Origin: Acidobacteriota bacterium
Lineage (GTDB): Bacteria > Acidobacteriota > Thermoanaerobaculia > Multivoradales > UBA5704
Assembly: GCA_040005235.1 (NCBI GenBank)
Contig: JBDTZG010000026.1
Span: 1-64,000, forward strand
Reading direction: 5' to 3'
Length of the DNA stretch: 64,000 bases
A program made the position numbers and the translations under genes. Positions within the stretch are counted from its first letter, which is position 1. The number at the start of each line of letters is the position of its first letter. Below, piece by piece: positions 28,828 to 38,786 of the stretch. Below the pieces are notes generated by a model, which was given only the letters and a program-made list of their open reading frames with translations, did no database searches and was not told the origin of the DNA.

Positions 28828-29925
28828 CTAGACCGTGCGGCGACGCAGCGCGAAGAACGACGCGCCGGCGAGCAGCAGGGCGAGGGCCGCGAGGCCGAAG
28901 CCGGAGGCGGTCGGAATCTCGGTGACGCCGCGCGCTTCGAAGTTCACGATGTTCGAGCGCTCTGCCGGAGTCAGGCAGTCGAGCGCTGCACCGCCGAGGC
29001 CCGCAAGCGCCGCCGACTTGGCCAGCGCCGCGGCGCGGGTGGGCTGGACAACTCCGTAGTTGACGATGATCTTGGTTTCGCCGGGCGCGAGAGTGAAGTT
29101 GTAGGCCCAAGTCGGGAAATCCGACGACGCGCCAACGGGGAAAGTCACGCTCGAAACGGGGGTCCGAGCACCTGGACCCTGGAGGACATGTCCCAGTCGC
29201 GGATCATTGGCATCCATGCCGGTGAAGTTTCCGTCCGTAGCGACCCAGCTATCGGTCAATTCAGCGGTCGTGTTGCCATTCGACGAGCCAAAGATGGTGG
29301 TGTTTTCTTGCGAGCCAAGATTGTTCGCGATGACTGCGGTGACCGACTGCGAACCGCCGCCGGTGTTGGTGAAGATGTTCACCCACCGTGCAAACTGGTC
29401 ATTGTCCGGGACGAAGATCTTCCGCTGCACCTGGATGCTGCCGATCGTCTGCGGCGGGTTGATCACCTGACGGTCGTTGCAGTCGAGCGACGCCTGGCCG
29501 TTCTGGGTGTAGAGCGTGTAATTCGCCACGTCGGAGGCAACGCACGGGCCGACCGCCCCGGTGAAGCTGACGCAAAGCGAGTTGTAGCCATCGTAGGCAT
29601 CAGTGAGTGTGGCGGACACGGACCCGCCGCCCGAGGTGTCGGCATTGACCGGACCGGTGAAATTAGCCTCGGTCGCGGCGCCTGAGCCGCTGAAAGTCGT
29701 GGAGAAGGGCAGGTCCGTATTGATAAAATACTGTACACCCGCGGCGTCGACGAGTTCCTTGTCACCGAAGCTCTTGATCAGGGCCCGGTCGCGGCGGTGG
29801 CCACTGTGCCTCAACTTCTCGGTGGCGCGAATTCGGGCGAGACGACCGCTTTCGATGACCGCGACGTCCGCAAAGGCGGAGCCCGCCATCAAGAGTCCTA
29901 CTAGACCAGCAACGGCGCGTTTCAT
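28828..29925 (-). CDS. secreted protein with IPTL-CTERM-like sorting signal
   Basis: AGGAGG SD, signal peptide MKRAVAGLVGLLMAGSAFA, C-terminal EIPTASGFGLAALALLLAGASFFALRRR. Confidence 0.85.
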   Translation of the reverse strand: MKRAVAGLVGLLMAGSAFADVAVIESGRLARIRATEKLRHSGHRRDRALIKSFGDKELVDAAGVQYFINTDLPFSTTFSGSGAATEANFTGPVNADTSGGGSVSATLTDAYDGYNSLCVSFTGAVGPCVASDVANYTLYTQNGQASLDCNDRQVINPPQTIGSIQVQRKIFVPDNDQFARWVNIFTNTGGGSQSVTAVIANNLGSQENTTIFGSSNGNTTAELTDSWVATDGNFTGMDANDPRLGHVLQGPGARTPVSSVTFPVGASSDFPTWAYNFTLAPGETKIIVNYGVVQPTRAAALAKSAALAGLGGAALDCLTPAERSNIVNFEARGVTEIPTASGFGLAALALLLAGASFFALRRRTV

Positions 29926-29973
29926 GCGTATTCTCCTCCTGCTACCAACTTCCGTGGCTGGTAGGATGGGTAA

Positions 29974-32259
29974 ATGGAAATCGGACAAAAGGAGAAGTGC
30001 GGGCTTTGGGTACAACCGGGACACCTTCGTCGTGCGTACATTACGGCGTTTTTTCGAGCGCTCTGTGCCGTTTCCTTGGGATTCTGGGGCTTGGTGTCGT
30101 CCGGCTGCGCCCGTCCCAAGATCGAGAACGTCCTCATCATAACCCTCGATACGACCCGGGCGGATCACCTCGGGGCTTATGGTTTCACCCTCGCGCGCAC
30201 GCCCAATATCGATCGGATGGCCCAAGAGGGGACGCGGTTCGCCGACGCCATCTCCGCGGCACCGATCACCATGCCTTCTCATTCGACGATCTTTACCGGC
30301 CTCTTGCCGCCCGCCCACGGCGTCCGCGACAACGGCTCGTACGCCCTGGGCGACGGGGCGACCACGCTCGCCGAGCGCTTTTTGGCCGCCGGCTACCGGA
30401 CCCAGGCGTTCGTGTCCGCGCTGGTCTTGAATCGTCGCTATAACTTGAACCAGGGATTCGAGGGGTACGACGACGATCTGTGGGCCGAAGACGAGCCGCC
30501 GATGTTCATGATCCGCTCCCGTTCCGCGCCGAAGACGGCGGAGAGGGCGGTCCGCTGGTTCGAGGGGTGGCATCGCGAGAAGGTGAAGAAGCCGTTCTTC
30601 GTCTGGGTCCATTTCTTCGATCCGCACCAGCCGAACAATCCCCCGCTGGCGGAACAGGCCAAGTGGCCTTCCGCCTACGACGCCGAGATCGCGGTCGCCG
30701 ACCGGGGGGTCGGCATGCTGCTCGATGAATTGAAGAAGCTCGGCGCGCTCGACCGAACGCTGGTGGTGCTCACGGCGGATCACGGCGAGAGCCTCGGCGA
30801 GCATGGCGAGAAGACCCACGCCATCTTCATCTACGACGCCACGGTCCACGTGCCGCTGATCGTGCGCGCTCCGGGCGTGGTGCCGGAGGGCAAGGTCTAC
30901 GGCGGCCCCGTGCGTAGCGAGGACATCGCGCCGACGGTGCTCGCGGCGCTCAAACTGCCGGGCGGCGGCGAGATGCAGGGAATCGACCTGCTCCCGGCGG
31001 TTCGCGGGGCGGTGCCCCCTCCCGATTTGCCGCAGTACTCCGAATCGCTCACCGCGGAGGTCGGTTTCGGCATGGCGCCGCTCTACGGCGTGCGCCGGGG
31101 AGGCTGGAAGTGGATTCGCGCGCCGCGGCCGGAGCTGTACGACCTCGCGGGCGATCCCAAAGAACTCGCGAACCGCATACCGGCCGAAGCGCGGCGCGGC
31201 GCGGCGCTCGACGGCGAGCTGCAGAAGATCCTGGACGACAGCCGCCGCCACGCGATCGCTGCGAAGCAGAACCCGATGGACAAGGAGACCGAGGAGACGT
31301 TGCGCGCGCTCGGCTATCTCGCGCCCCAAGGGGAGAAGGAGGGGATGGGCGGCATCGACCCCAAGAATGGCATGGTGCTCTATCAGAAGCTCGAGGATGC
31401 CCGGCATCTGGCGCAGGACGACCATTGGCCCGAGGCCGAGAAGGCCCTGCGCGAAATCCTCGCGGTCACTCCGAGGAACGTCACCTGCTGGAACATTCTC
31501 GCCTTGGCCCGCCTGCACCAAAAGGATGGCGAAGGGGCACGGGACGCCTATCGCCATTCGCTCGCCATCTCGCCCGACCAGGCCCGTGTCTACTCGATGC
31601 TCGGTGCGATCGGTCTGCTGCAGGGCGACCTCGACGGGGCGGAGAAGGAGTTCGACCGCGCTCTGGTGCTCTCGCCTGGATTCGTCGAGGCGATGTCGAA
31701 CTTGGGGCTGATCGCCGCCCTTCGCGGCGACCAAGCCAAGGCGAAGAGCCTGAACGAAAAAGCGCTCGCGCTCGATCCGAGCTTTCCCCGCGCCTACCGC
31801 CGGCTGGCCGACCTCGCGTATGAGCAGGGGGAATGGGGGCGAGCGCTCGCGAACTACCGCAAGGTGATCCAAGTGGAACCCTCCGATTTCGCCGCGCTCG
31901 TCCAGGCGGGCAACTCGGCGCGGCGGTTGAACCAGCCGGCCGAGGCCGAAAAGTTCTTCCGCAAGGCCGCAAAGCTGCGCCCCGACAGCTGGGTGCCGGG
32001 CTACAACCTGGCCTGCTTAAAGGCGGTCCGGGGCGACGCGCCGGCCGCACTCGCGGAGCTCGGAAAACTGGTCGCGCCCGGCGGGCCGGGATTTCACCGC
32101 GTGGATCTGCTCGATCACGACGCCGACCTGGCCGCCCTTCGCATCCTGCCGGGCTATCCCGGCGTGCGTCAGAAAACGGAAGCCGCGGCGAAAGAGTTTG
32201 CCGCCACCCGGCAAGAAGAGAGCGAGGAAGGCGCGGAGCTGACCTCGTCGGTGCCCTGA
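29974..32259 (+). CDS. sulfatase-like hydrolase with C-terminal TPR repeats (lipoprotein-like; start uncertain)
   Basis: IITLDTTRADH, TMPSHSTIFTG, HFFDPH, TADHGE, ELYDL..DP.E, then multiple TPRs. Confidence 0.9.
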   Translation: MEIGQKEKCGLWVQPGHLRRAYITAFFRALCAVSLGFWGLVSSGCARPKIENVLIITLDTTRADHLGAYGFTLARTPNIDRMAQEGTRFADAISAAPITMPSHSTIFTGLLPPAHGVRDNGSYALGDGATTLAERFLAAGYRTQAFVSALVLNRRYNLNQGFEGYDDDLWAEDEPPMFMIRSRSAPKTAERAVRWFEGWHREKVKKPFFVWVHFFDPHQPNNPPLAEQAKWPSAYDAEIAVADRGVGMLLDELKKLGALDRTLVVLTADHGESLGEHGEKTHAIFIYDATVHVPLIVRAPGVVPEGKVYGGPVRSEDIAPTVLAALKLPGGGEMQGIDLLPAVRGAVPPPDLPQYSESLTAEVGFGMAPLYGVRRGGWKWIRAPRPELYDLAGDPKELANRIPAEARRGAALDGELQKILDDSRRHAIAAKQNPMDKETEETLRALGYLAPQGEKEGMGGIDPKNGMVLYQKLEDARHLAQDDHWPEAEKALREILAVTPRNVTCWNILALARLHQKDGEGARDAYRHSLAISPDQARVYSMLGAIGLLQGDLDGAEKEFDRALVLSPGFVEAMSNLGLIAALRGDQAKAKSLNEKALALDPSFPRAYRRLADLAYEQGEWGRALANYRKVIQVEPSDFAALVQAGNSARRLNQPAEAEKFFRKAAKLRPDSWVPGYNLACLKAVRGDAPAALAELGKLVAPGGPGFHRVDLLDHDADLAALRILPGYPGVRQKTEAAAKEFAATRQEESEEGAELTSSVP

Positions 32260-32268
32260 ACGGCTAAG

Positions 32269-32512
32269 CGAACCCAGGGCTACGAACTCAAGACCACGAA
32301 CCCAGGCCTTACGAACCCAGGCCCTACGACCCCAGGCCTTACGACCCCAGGCCTTCAGCCTGGGCTAACGGGAAGAACGGCCCTTCGGGCCTAGAGAAGC
32401 CCCGTATCAGCGTTTGTTGTTTGCGGCCCAACGGGTCGCGTCTTCGTTAGCCCAGGCTGAAGGCCTGGGTTCGTGGGCCTGGGTTCGTGGGCCTGGGTTC
32501 GTGGGGCTGGGG
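32269..32512. repeat. REP/REPIN-like inverted-repeat element, family A copy 2, with tandemly amplified ends
   Basis: About 6 copies of ACGA(A/C)CCCAGGCCT(T) on the left and 3 of GGCCTGGGTTCGTG on the right, around the same core as 8180-8312. Confidence 0.85.
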
Positions 32513-32574
32513 CCGCTGGGTCTGGCCTATCGGATCAATCCTCCGTTGGACCTCTGTGTTAATTTCTCGCCCCT

Positions 32575-33513
32575 ATGTGGAATGCGTCCTCAGAACGCCC
32601 CGCGATCCGTTGCCGCGGCCTGGTCAAGCGCTACGCGGACGTCACCGCGGTCGATGGGCTCGACCTCGAAATCCTGCCCGGCGAATGCTTCGGGCTGCTC
32701 GGTCCGAACGGCGCGGGCAAGACCACGACGATGGAGATCCTCGAAGGTCTCACCGAACCGGACGAAGGCGAGGTCGAGGTGCTCGGGCTCGGGTGGAAGA
32801 ATTCCGAGCGCGAGCTGCACGAGCGGCTCGGCATCTCACTCCAAGAGACCCAGCTCAACGAGAAGCTCACCGTGGGCGAAACCGTCCGCCTGTTCGCCTC
32901 GTTCTACGCGCAGGCGCGCGACCCGGAAACAGTGCTTGCCGAGCTGTCGCTCACCGAGAAGCGCGATGCCCGGGTCGGCAAGCTCTCCGGCGGCCAGAAG
33001 CAGCGCCTCGCGGTCGCCTGCGCCCTGGTCGGCAATCCCGACATTCTGTTCCTCGACGAGCCGACCACCGGCCTCGATCCGCAGAGTCGGCGCGAGCTGT
33101 GGGATCAGATCGCCCGCTTCCGCTCGACCGGCGGCACGCTGTTGCTCACCACCCACTACATGGACGAGGCGGAAAAGCTGTGCGACCGGATCGCGATCGT
33201 CGACAAGGGCAAGGTGATCTCGCTCGGCACCCCGCGCGACCTGATCTCCCAGCTTCCTTCGGCGTATGTGGTCGAGATCGATACCGAGCCGAGCTGGGGC
33301 GCCGAGCGGTGGCGCGCTATCCCCGGAGTCCACGAAGCGCGCCGCTTCGGCGAGGTCTGGTCGCTCGCGGTCACCTCGCTCACCGAAGCCGTGCCCGAGC
33401 TGCTTGCCGCCGTCGAGCGCGAAGGGGCGAAGCTCGTTCATCTCTCCACCCATCGCGCCACGCTCGAAGACCTGTTCGTGGCCTTGACCGGAAGGGCGCT
33501 GCGCGATGAGTGA
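32575..33513 (+). CDS. ABC transporter ATP-binding protein
   Basis: GPNGAGKTT, LSGGQKQR, FLDEP, TTHYM. Confidence 0.95.
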   Translation: MWNASSERPAIRCRGLVKRYADVTAVDGLDLEILPGECFGLLGPNGAGKTTTMEILEGLTEPDEGEVEVLGLGWKNSERELHERLGISLQETQLNEKLTVGETVRLFASFYAQARDPETVLAELSLTEKRDARVGKLSGGQKQRLAVACALVGNPDILFLDEPTTGLDPQSRRELWDQIARFRSTGGTLLLTTHYMDEAEKLCDRIAIVDKGKVISLGTPRDLISQLPSAYVVEIDTEPSWGAERWRAIPGVHEARRFGEVWSLAVTSLTEAVPELLAAVEREGAKLVHLSTHRATLEDLFVALTGRALRDE

Positions 33514-34618
33514 CCGATCCCCCTGGCGCCGCCGCCTGGCCTCGCTCGGCCACCTCACCCTCTGCCGCGCGAAAGAGTTCACCCGCGAGCCCGAGGCGGT
33601 GTTCTGGGTCTTTCTCTTTCCCGTCCTGCTCGCGGTCTCGCTCGGCCTCGCGTTTCGCGAAAAGGCGCCGGACAAGATCCCGGTCGGGGTGATCACAGGA
33701 GGCGGTGGAGCCTCCAACCCGATTTCCGCGACCGCGGACCCGGCGAACCTGGCAGCCACCGCGGCACTCGAAGCGCTCCGGCGTTCGCCGCAGCTGGCGC
33801 CCCGGGCCTACACCGAAGCCGCCGGCCGCGAAGCGCTGCGCACCGGGCGGATCTCGCTGCTCGTGGCGCCCGGCGCGCCGGGAAAGGCCCCGCGGGTGAT
33901 CCTCGACGAGACCCGGCCCGACGCACGCACCGCGCGGCTCGAAGCCGAGGATGCGCTCCAGCGCGCCGCGGGCCGGAAGGATCCGCTCGCCGTCGGCACC
34001 GAAAAGCTCACCGAGCCGGGTGCGCGCTATATCGATTTCCTGATCCCCGGCCTCTTGGGGCTCAACCTGATGGGCACCGGCATCTGGAGCCTCACCTTCT
34101 CGATCGCGGTCGCCCGCCAACGGAAGGTCCTGAAGCGCCTGGTCGCGACGCCGATGCACAAGGCCGACTACCTGCTGAGCCAGATCTTCGGCCGGATGAT
34201 CTTCCTAATCCCCGAGCTGGTCATCCTGATCGGCTTCGGCTGGATCGCTTTCGGCGTCGCCGTCCACGGATCGATCCTCCTGCTGGCCGCAACCTCGCTG
34301 CTCGCCGCCATGTCCTTCTGCGGCCTCGGCCTGCTCACCGGCTCCCGAGTCAGCACCATGGAAGGAGCAAGCGGCCTGGGGAACATGATCCTGCTGCCGA
34401 TGTGGCTCCTGTCGGGAACCTTCTTCTCTTCCGAGCGCTTCCCCGACGCGGTCCAGCCGCTGATCAAAGCCCTGCCCCTCACCGCGCTCAACCAGGCCCT
34501 CCGCGCGATCATCAACGAAGGACACGGCCTAGCCGAGATCTGGCCCCAACTCACCATCGTCGCCGCCTGGGGTTTCGTGAGCTTCGTGGTCGCGCTCAAG
34601 ATTTTCAAGTGGAAGTAG
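33506..34618 (+). CDS. ABC-2 type permease
   Basis: YIDFLIPG, LKRLVATP, LSGTFFS; overlaps the ATPase stop. Confidence 0.92.
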   Translation: MSDRSPWRRRLASLGHLTLCRAKEFTREPEAVFWVFLFPVLLAVSLGLAFREKAPDKIPVGVITGGGGASNPISATADPANLAATAALEALRRSPQLAPRAYTEAAGREALRTGRISLLVAPGAPGKAPRVILDETRPDARTARLEAEDALQRAAGRKDPLAVGTEKLTEPGARYIDFLIPGLLGLNLMGTGIWSLTFSIAVARQRKVLKRLVATPMHKADYLLSQIFGRMIFLIPELVILIGFGWIAFGVAVHGSILLLAATSLLAAMSFCGLGLLTGSRVSTMEGASGLGNMILLPMWLLSGTFFSSERFPDAVQPLIKALPLTALNQALRAIINEGHGLAEIWPQLTIVAAWGFVSFVVALKIFKWK

Positions 34619-34673
34619 GGGGGCGATAAACCGCTTTTCCCTGGGAGAAATCGAAGAGCACTAAGCAGGCAGT

Positions 34674-34758
34674 TTCCCGGGACCGCCGAGCACCAGCTCG
34701 GCACCGGGGCGGCGCAAACGCCAAAAGCGGCCGAGCTGGTGCTCGGCGGTCCCGGGAA
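34674..34758. repeat. REP doublet (family B), perfect 29-bp inverted repeat
   Basis: TTCCCGGGACCGCCGAGCACCAGCTCGGC ... GCCGAGCTGGTGCTCGGCGGTCCCGGGAA; each arm is internally palindromic. Confidence 0.85.
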
Positions 34759-34805
34759 CTACCCCGCGCCCAGGAGAAAAAGGCTCCTGGGCGGGCGCCG
34801 TTTGC

Positions 34806-37520
34806 CTATAGCGACAAATCCAACCTCCAGCGGTTGAGCTTCCCCACGTCCTGCGCCGCCAGATCGCTGACGTGCAGGGTCCAGTTGCCTTGCGTCGCAG
34901 CACCGGCAAGGGCCGCCAGGCCGGGGCTGGTCACGGAATCGTAGGCCCGGATGAGGTTGTCCGCGTTGCCGCCGGAACGGTCGTGCAGGAGGACCTTCTG
35001 GCCTCCCGGGGCGACCAGCTCGATGCGCAGGTCGCCGATGTAGGTATGGGTGATGTCGACGCTCACTTTGACGCCTTTGACGGTGCCGGCCTGCGCAACC
35101 GCGAGGCTGCTATTCACTCCGGCCGGAGCGTTGTCGGGAATCGCCAGCCCCGGGGCCGCTTCTTGATGGATCGTCTGCGTCGCGGCTTCGAGATTCATCT
35201 CCAAGCCCCAGTGCTTGAGAGTTCCGACATCCGCGCTGGCGAGGTCCGCCACTTGGAGCTGCCAGTTCCCTTTGGCCGGATCGCCCAGCAGGGCGGCCAG
35301 GGCCGGCAGATCCTCGCTGCGGAAGGTGGCCGTCAGGTTGTCCTGGTTGCCGCCCGCGCGGTTGTGCAGGATCGCGGTCTTTCCGCTCGGGGCGACCAGC
35401 TTGACGGTCAGGTCGCCGATGAAGGTATGGGCGATGTCCACCGCCACGCTCAGGCGTTTGATGCGCCCTTCGTTGGCGACCGAGAGGACGTGCGAAATGC
35501 CCGCCGCGGTGTTGTCGGGAATCGCCAGGTTCGGATTGCCTTCGACTTTCACGGTCGGCGCGATCGGCCCGGTTGGTCCGGTTGGTCCGGTTGGTCCGGT
35601 CGGGCCGGGAGGCGCGGTGGAGGGCGGCGGGTTGAAATCGGCGACGATGCCGGAAAGCGTTGCGCCGTTCGAGTGGGCGTTCGGGCCCATGCCGAATTTG
35701 GCGAACGCCGCCCAGGCGCCGGTCTTCGCTGCGTCGAACTGCGCGGGGGTCAATTGGCCCGCCGCCCGCTTGTCGGCGAGCGCGCGGAGGATGGCGTCGC
35801 GCGCATCGAGGAAGCTGGGATTGGCGGGAGTCAGCTTGAAACCATCGACCACCAACTGCAGGCCCAAAACCTTGCCGATGTTGCGGTTCATCTCCATCAG
35901 CGCGGCGCACCAGAGCTCGCCGATGTTGTGGACTTCGGTATAGCGGCCGGTGCCCAGTTTTCCGAAGTGATCCGGGAAGTGGCTGTCGTAGGGAAACCCG
36001 CGAATCCCGGTTGGATCGTTGACCACCCAATTGCCCACCACCGTCGAGTCGTTGACGCTGCACGCGATGTAGTCGCTCCATCCTTCGCCCATGCCGGAGC
36101 TTTGGATCGCCTCCAGCGCCCGGTCGTTGGCCGGGCCGCCCACCAAACGATTGGACACCCCGTGGGTGAACTCGTGAAAGACCACGCTCGAATCGAAGGC
36201 GGTATGCCGGTTGGTCGAAGTCACCAGGCCCATGTTCATCACCGGGCTTGAGCCGTCCACGGGGGTGCCCATGTTGGCCGTGCCGTTCACCGCCCCGGAG
36301 TGCGCCCGCGCATCGACCCGGTCGGTGGCCAGGCCGCCGCGCCCCAGGTTGTCGCTCTGGAAGTTGCCGTCCCGTTCGCGGAAGCCGAGCAGGTAGAAGA
36401 AATCGTGCATCACGCAGTTGAAATAGAAAATGTTGAGAACTTTTTGATCGTCGCCGGTGGCATCGGCGGGATTGAACTCCAGGACTCCGCCTTGCACCGC
36501 TCCGGTGCCGGAAGCGCCGCTCACGCCCAAATGGGCGAGGGCGCAGTTGCCGGTGGTTTGGTTCGCCCCCACCCATTCGTCGGGAAAACCGGTCGGCAGG
36601 CCCGCGGGAACCGGCAGGCCGTACTCCGCGAGAGGACGAGGAAAGTCGGTGACCTGGCGCGCGCTGCCGCCGTCGACGCGGAAGACGTTGCCCCGTCCTC
36701 GTACGCTCTGCATCAACTGGCGACAGAAGAGGATTTCGCCGCTCTGGGCATCGACCAGCGTACGGAACTGACCTTCCTCCTCGGGCATCGTCAGAATGAC
36801 TTCCCAGGTCAGGCGCAGATCGCCCTCCAACGGAAACCAGACCAGCCGCGCTTTGATCGCGGCGGCGAACGGTCCGGCTTCGAGGACACTCAGACGTTCC
36901 GGTTTCTCTGCGAACGCCGCGCTGACTTTCGGCTCCCAGCCCGTCAGATCCACGGACTTCCACACGAGCGGCTCGCCGTAGGGATCTTTCTCTCCCGCCT
37001 CGTCCGCGTCGGGCTCCGCCACATGCTGAGCGGCTTTGAGCACCGCCTGCTCCACGGTCAAGGCCGCCGACACCGCCAGCTCCTCTTGGACGGTGACGCT
37101 GCTGCCCACGGTCTCCTGGATCGCCCCGGCCGGATCGAAACGAACCGTCTCGGCCGCCTGAAAGATCGTAATCCCCTTGTAACGCTGCTGCATGTGCACG
37201 GCCACCGAGCCGCTGCTGGTCTGCTGGAAATCGGGATCGGCCTGATACTCCTTGGGCTGGTCTGCCACAAGCCCGAACACACCGCCCAAGCCCTGAACAT
37301 GATCCAGGGCGCGTTGGACGTAGTTGCCCGGTTCGGCCGGGGCACCTTCGGAAGCGACCAGCGAGGGGTTGCCGGTAGCGGCGTTAAGTCCCTCGATCCG
37401 AACGCGATGGGCGCCCGGCAGGAGATCCGAAGACGTCGCCGCCCGTTCGTTCAGCTCCGTTTCGCGGAGCGGCGTGGCGCGGTTGATACTGGGGTCACGG
37501 CGATCGATTTCTCTGCTCAT
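34806..37520 (-). CDS. M36 (fungalysin) metallopeptidase with FTP/PepSY propeptide and two P-proprotein domains
   Basis: HEFTHGVSNRL, GMGEGWSD, EVHNIGE, (GPT)n linker, two IPDN...DI.HT.IGDL...GNW.L.V.D repeats. Confidence 0.92.
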   Translation of the reverse strand: MSREIDRRDPSINRATPLRETELNERAATSSDLLPGAHRVRIEGLNAATGNPSLVASEGAPAEPGNYVQRALDHVQGLGGVFGLVADQPKEYQADPDFQQTSSGSVAVHMQQRYKGITIFQAAETVRFDPAGAIQETVGSSVTVQEELAVSAALTVEQAVLKAAQHVAEPDADEAGEKDPYGEPLVWKSVDLTGWEPKVSAAFAEKPERLSVLEAGPFAAAIKARLVWFPLEGDLRLTWEVILTMPEEEGQFRTLVDAQSGEILFCRQLMQSVRGRGNVFRVDGGSARQVTDFPRPLAEYGLPVPAGLPTGFPDEWVGANQTTGNCALAHLGVSGASGTGAVQGGVLEFNPADATGDDQKVLNIFYFNCVMHDFFYLLGFRERDGNFQSDNLGRGGLATDRVDARAHSGAVNGTANMGTPVDGSSPVMNMGLVTSTNRHTAFDSSVVFHEFTHGVSNRLVGGPANDRALEAIQSSGMGEGWSDYIACSVNDSTVVGNWVVNDPTGIRGFPYDSHFPDHFGKLGTGRYTEVHNIGELWCAALMEMNRNIGKVLGLQLVVDGFKLTPANPSFLDARDAILRALADKRAAGQLTPAQFDAAKTGAWAAFAKFGMGPNAHSNGATLSGIVADFNPPPSTAPPGPTGPTGPTGPTGPIAPTVKVEGNPNLAIPDNTAAGISHVLSVANEGRIKRLSVAVDIAHTFIGDLTVKLVAPSGKTAILHNRAGGNQDNLTATFRSEDLPALAALLGDPAKGNWQLQVADLASADVGTLKHWGLEMNLEAATQTIHQEAAPGLAIPDNAPAGVNSSLAVAQAGTVKGVKVSVDITHTYIGDLRIELVAPGGQKVLLHDRSGGNADNLIRAYDSVTSPGLAALAGAATQGNWTLHVSDLAAQDVGKLNRWRLDLSL

Positions 37521-37793
37521 GATGGGGCCTCCATTCTGCTGGCCCGGGGCCTTTGTCATCGCCGAATCGGATGACCTACCCGGGACCTAAGGAATTGGAC
37601 GGCCACCCCGCTCCAGTTTCTCGGCTAGATCGAGGGAACGCGGAGCGCCGTCTCTCCTCCTTGGGCGCCCCGCCGAGGAAAAGCGTTACGGTATTTCCGC
37701 TCGGGCTTGTCGAGCGAGCCGATGCGCTTCGCTCGACGTTGTCCATGCAATAGAGTTAGAAATCCACACCCGTGTTGGCGCAAGAGGCACCTA

Positions 37794-38770
37794 ATGGCAA
37801 AGCGTAAGACACCCGAACCATCGCTCGTCCCTTTGGCGGAGCCGCTGTACCGGGAGATTCGAGCGGTCCTCGAAATGGCTCGTGTCGGCGCCTACCGCGC
37901 AGTCAATGCGGCGATGGTGCAGGCCTACTGGCAGGTCGGGCGGCTGATCGTCGAAAACGAGCAGAATGGACGCCGTCGAGCGGGATATGGCGAAGCTGTA
38001 ATTGTGACCCTTGCGGAGCGACTGAACGGCGATCTGGGAAGTGGGTTTGACGTGCGAAATCTGTGGTACATGCGCAGGTTTTTCCTCGCCTTCCCGATTC
38101 TGAACGCACCGCGTTCACAATTGCCAGGACAGGAGAAGAGCGCCGAAGCAGGCCTTGAATCTGTGACTCTTCCTCCGGTGCATGAGGCAACGCGAGCCCT
38201 TCGGCCGGAGCTTTCCTGGACCCACTATCGCCTGCTCCTTGGCGTTGAAGACCCCCAAGCCCGCGAGTGGTACCTGAAGGAGGCCGCGGACCAGCACTGG
38301 TCGACCCGTCAGCTCGAGCGCCAGATCTCGGTGCTCTATTACGAGCGCCTATTGGCCAGCCGCAGGAAGGCGCCGGTCCGCAAGAGGCAGTTGACAAAAT
38401 CGCAGCGCTCGAACCGGAGCAGTTCATCCGGGACCCGTACGTGCTCGAATTCCTCGACCTGAAAGACTACCCGGCGCTGCGCGAATCTTCGGTCGAGAAG
38501 GCGATCATCGGCAACTTGCAGGAGTTCCTCTTGGAACTGGGCAAGGGCTTCTCCTTCGTCGCCCGCCAGAAGCGCCTGCGCTTTGAGGACGAGGACTTCT
38601 ATGTCGACCTCGTCTTCTACAACTACCTGCTTCGGTGCTTCGTGCTGATCGACCTCAAGGTCGGCAAGTTGACCCACCAGGACATCGGTCAGATGGAATC
38701 CTACGTGCGCATGTTCGACGCCCACGCTCGGCCAGAGGGCGACAACCCGACCATCGGCCTGATCCTTTGA
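37794..38770 (+). pseudogene. YhcG/DUF1016 PD-(D/E)XK nuclease-like gene, frameshifted and 3'-truncated
   Basis: Frame 1 gives AYWQVGR...LSWTHY...WSTRQLERQI. It shifts near 38384 to RDPYVLEFL...FYVDLVFY...IDLK and stops prematurely at NPTIGLIL*. Confidence 0.88.
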
Positions 38771-38786
38771 GCCGTCCCATTTCCCT

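Noticed and set aside
28828-31872. 1014-aa minus-strand ORF
   Set aside because: Only 28828-29925 is real (SD plus signal peptide). The rest is the antisense shadow of the sulfatase-like gene.
35567-35610. 9-bp tandem repeat CCGGTTGGT
   Set aside because: Encodes the GPT linker within the M36 peptidase.
38375-38400. Programmed ribosomal frameshift in the DUF1016 gene
   Set aside because: No slippery heptamer at the junction, and the gene is also 3'-truncated.
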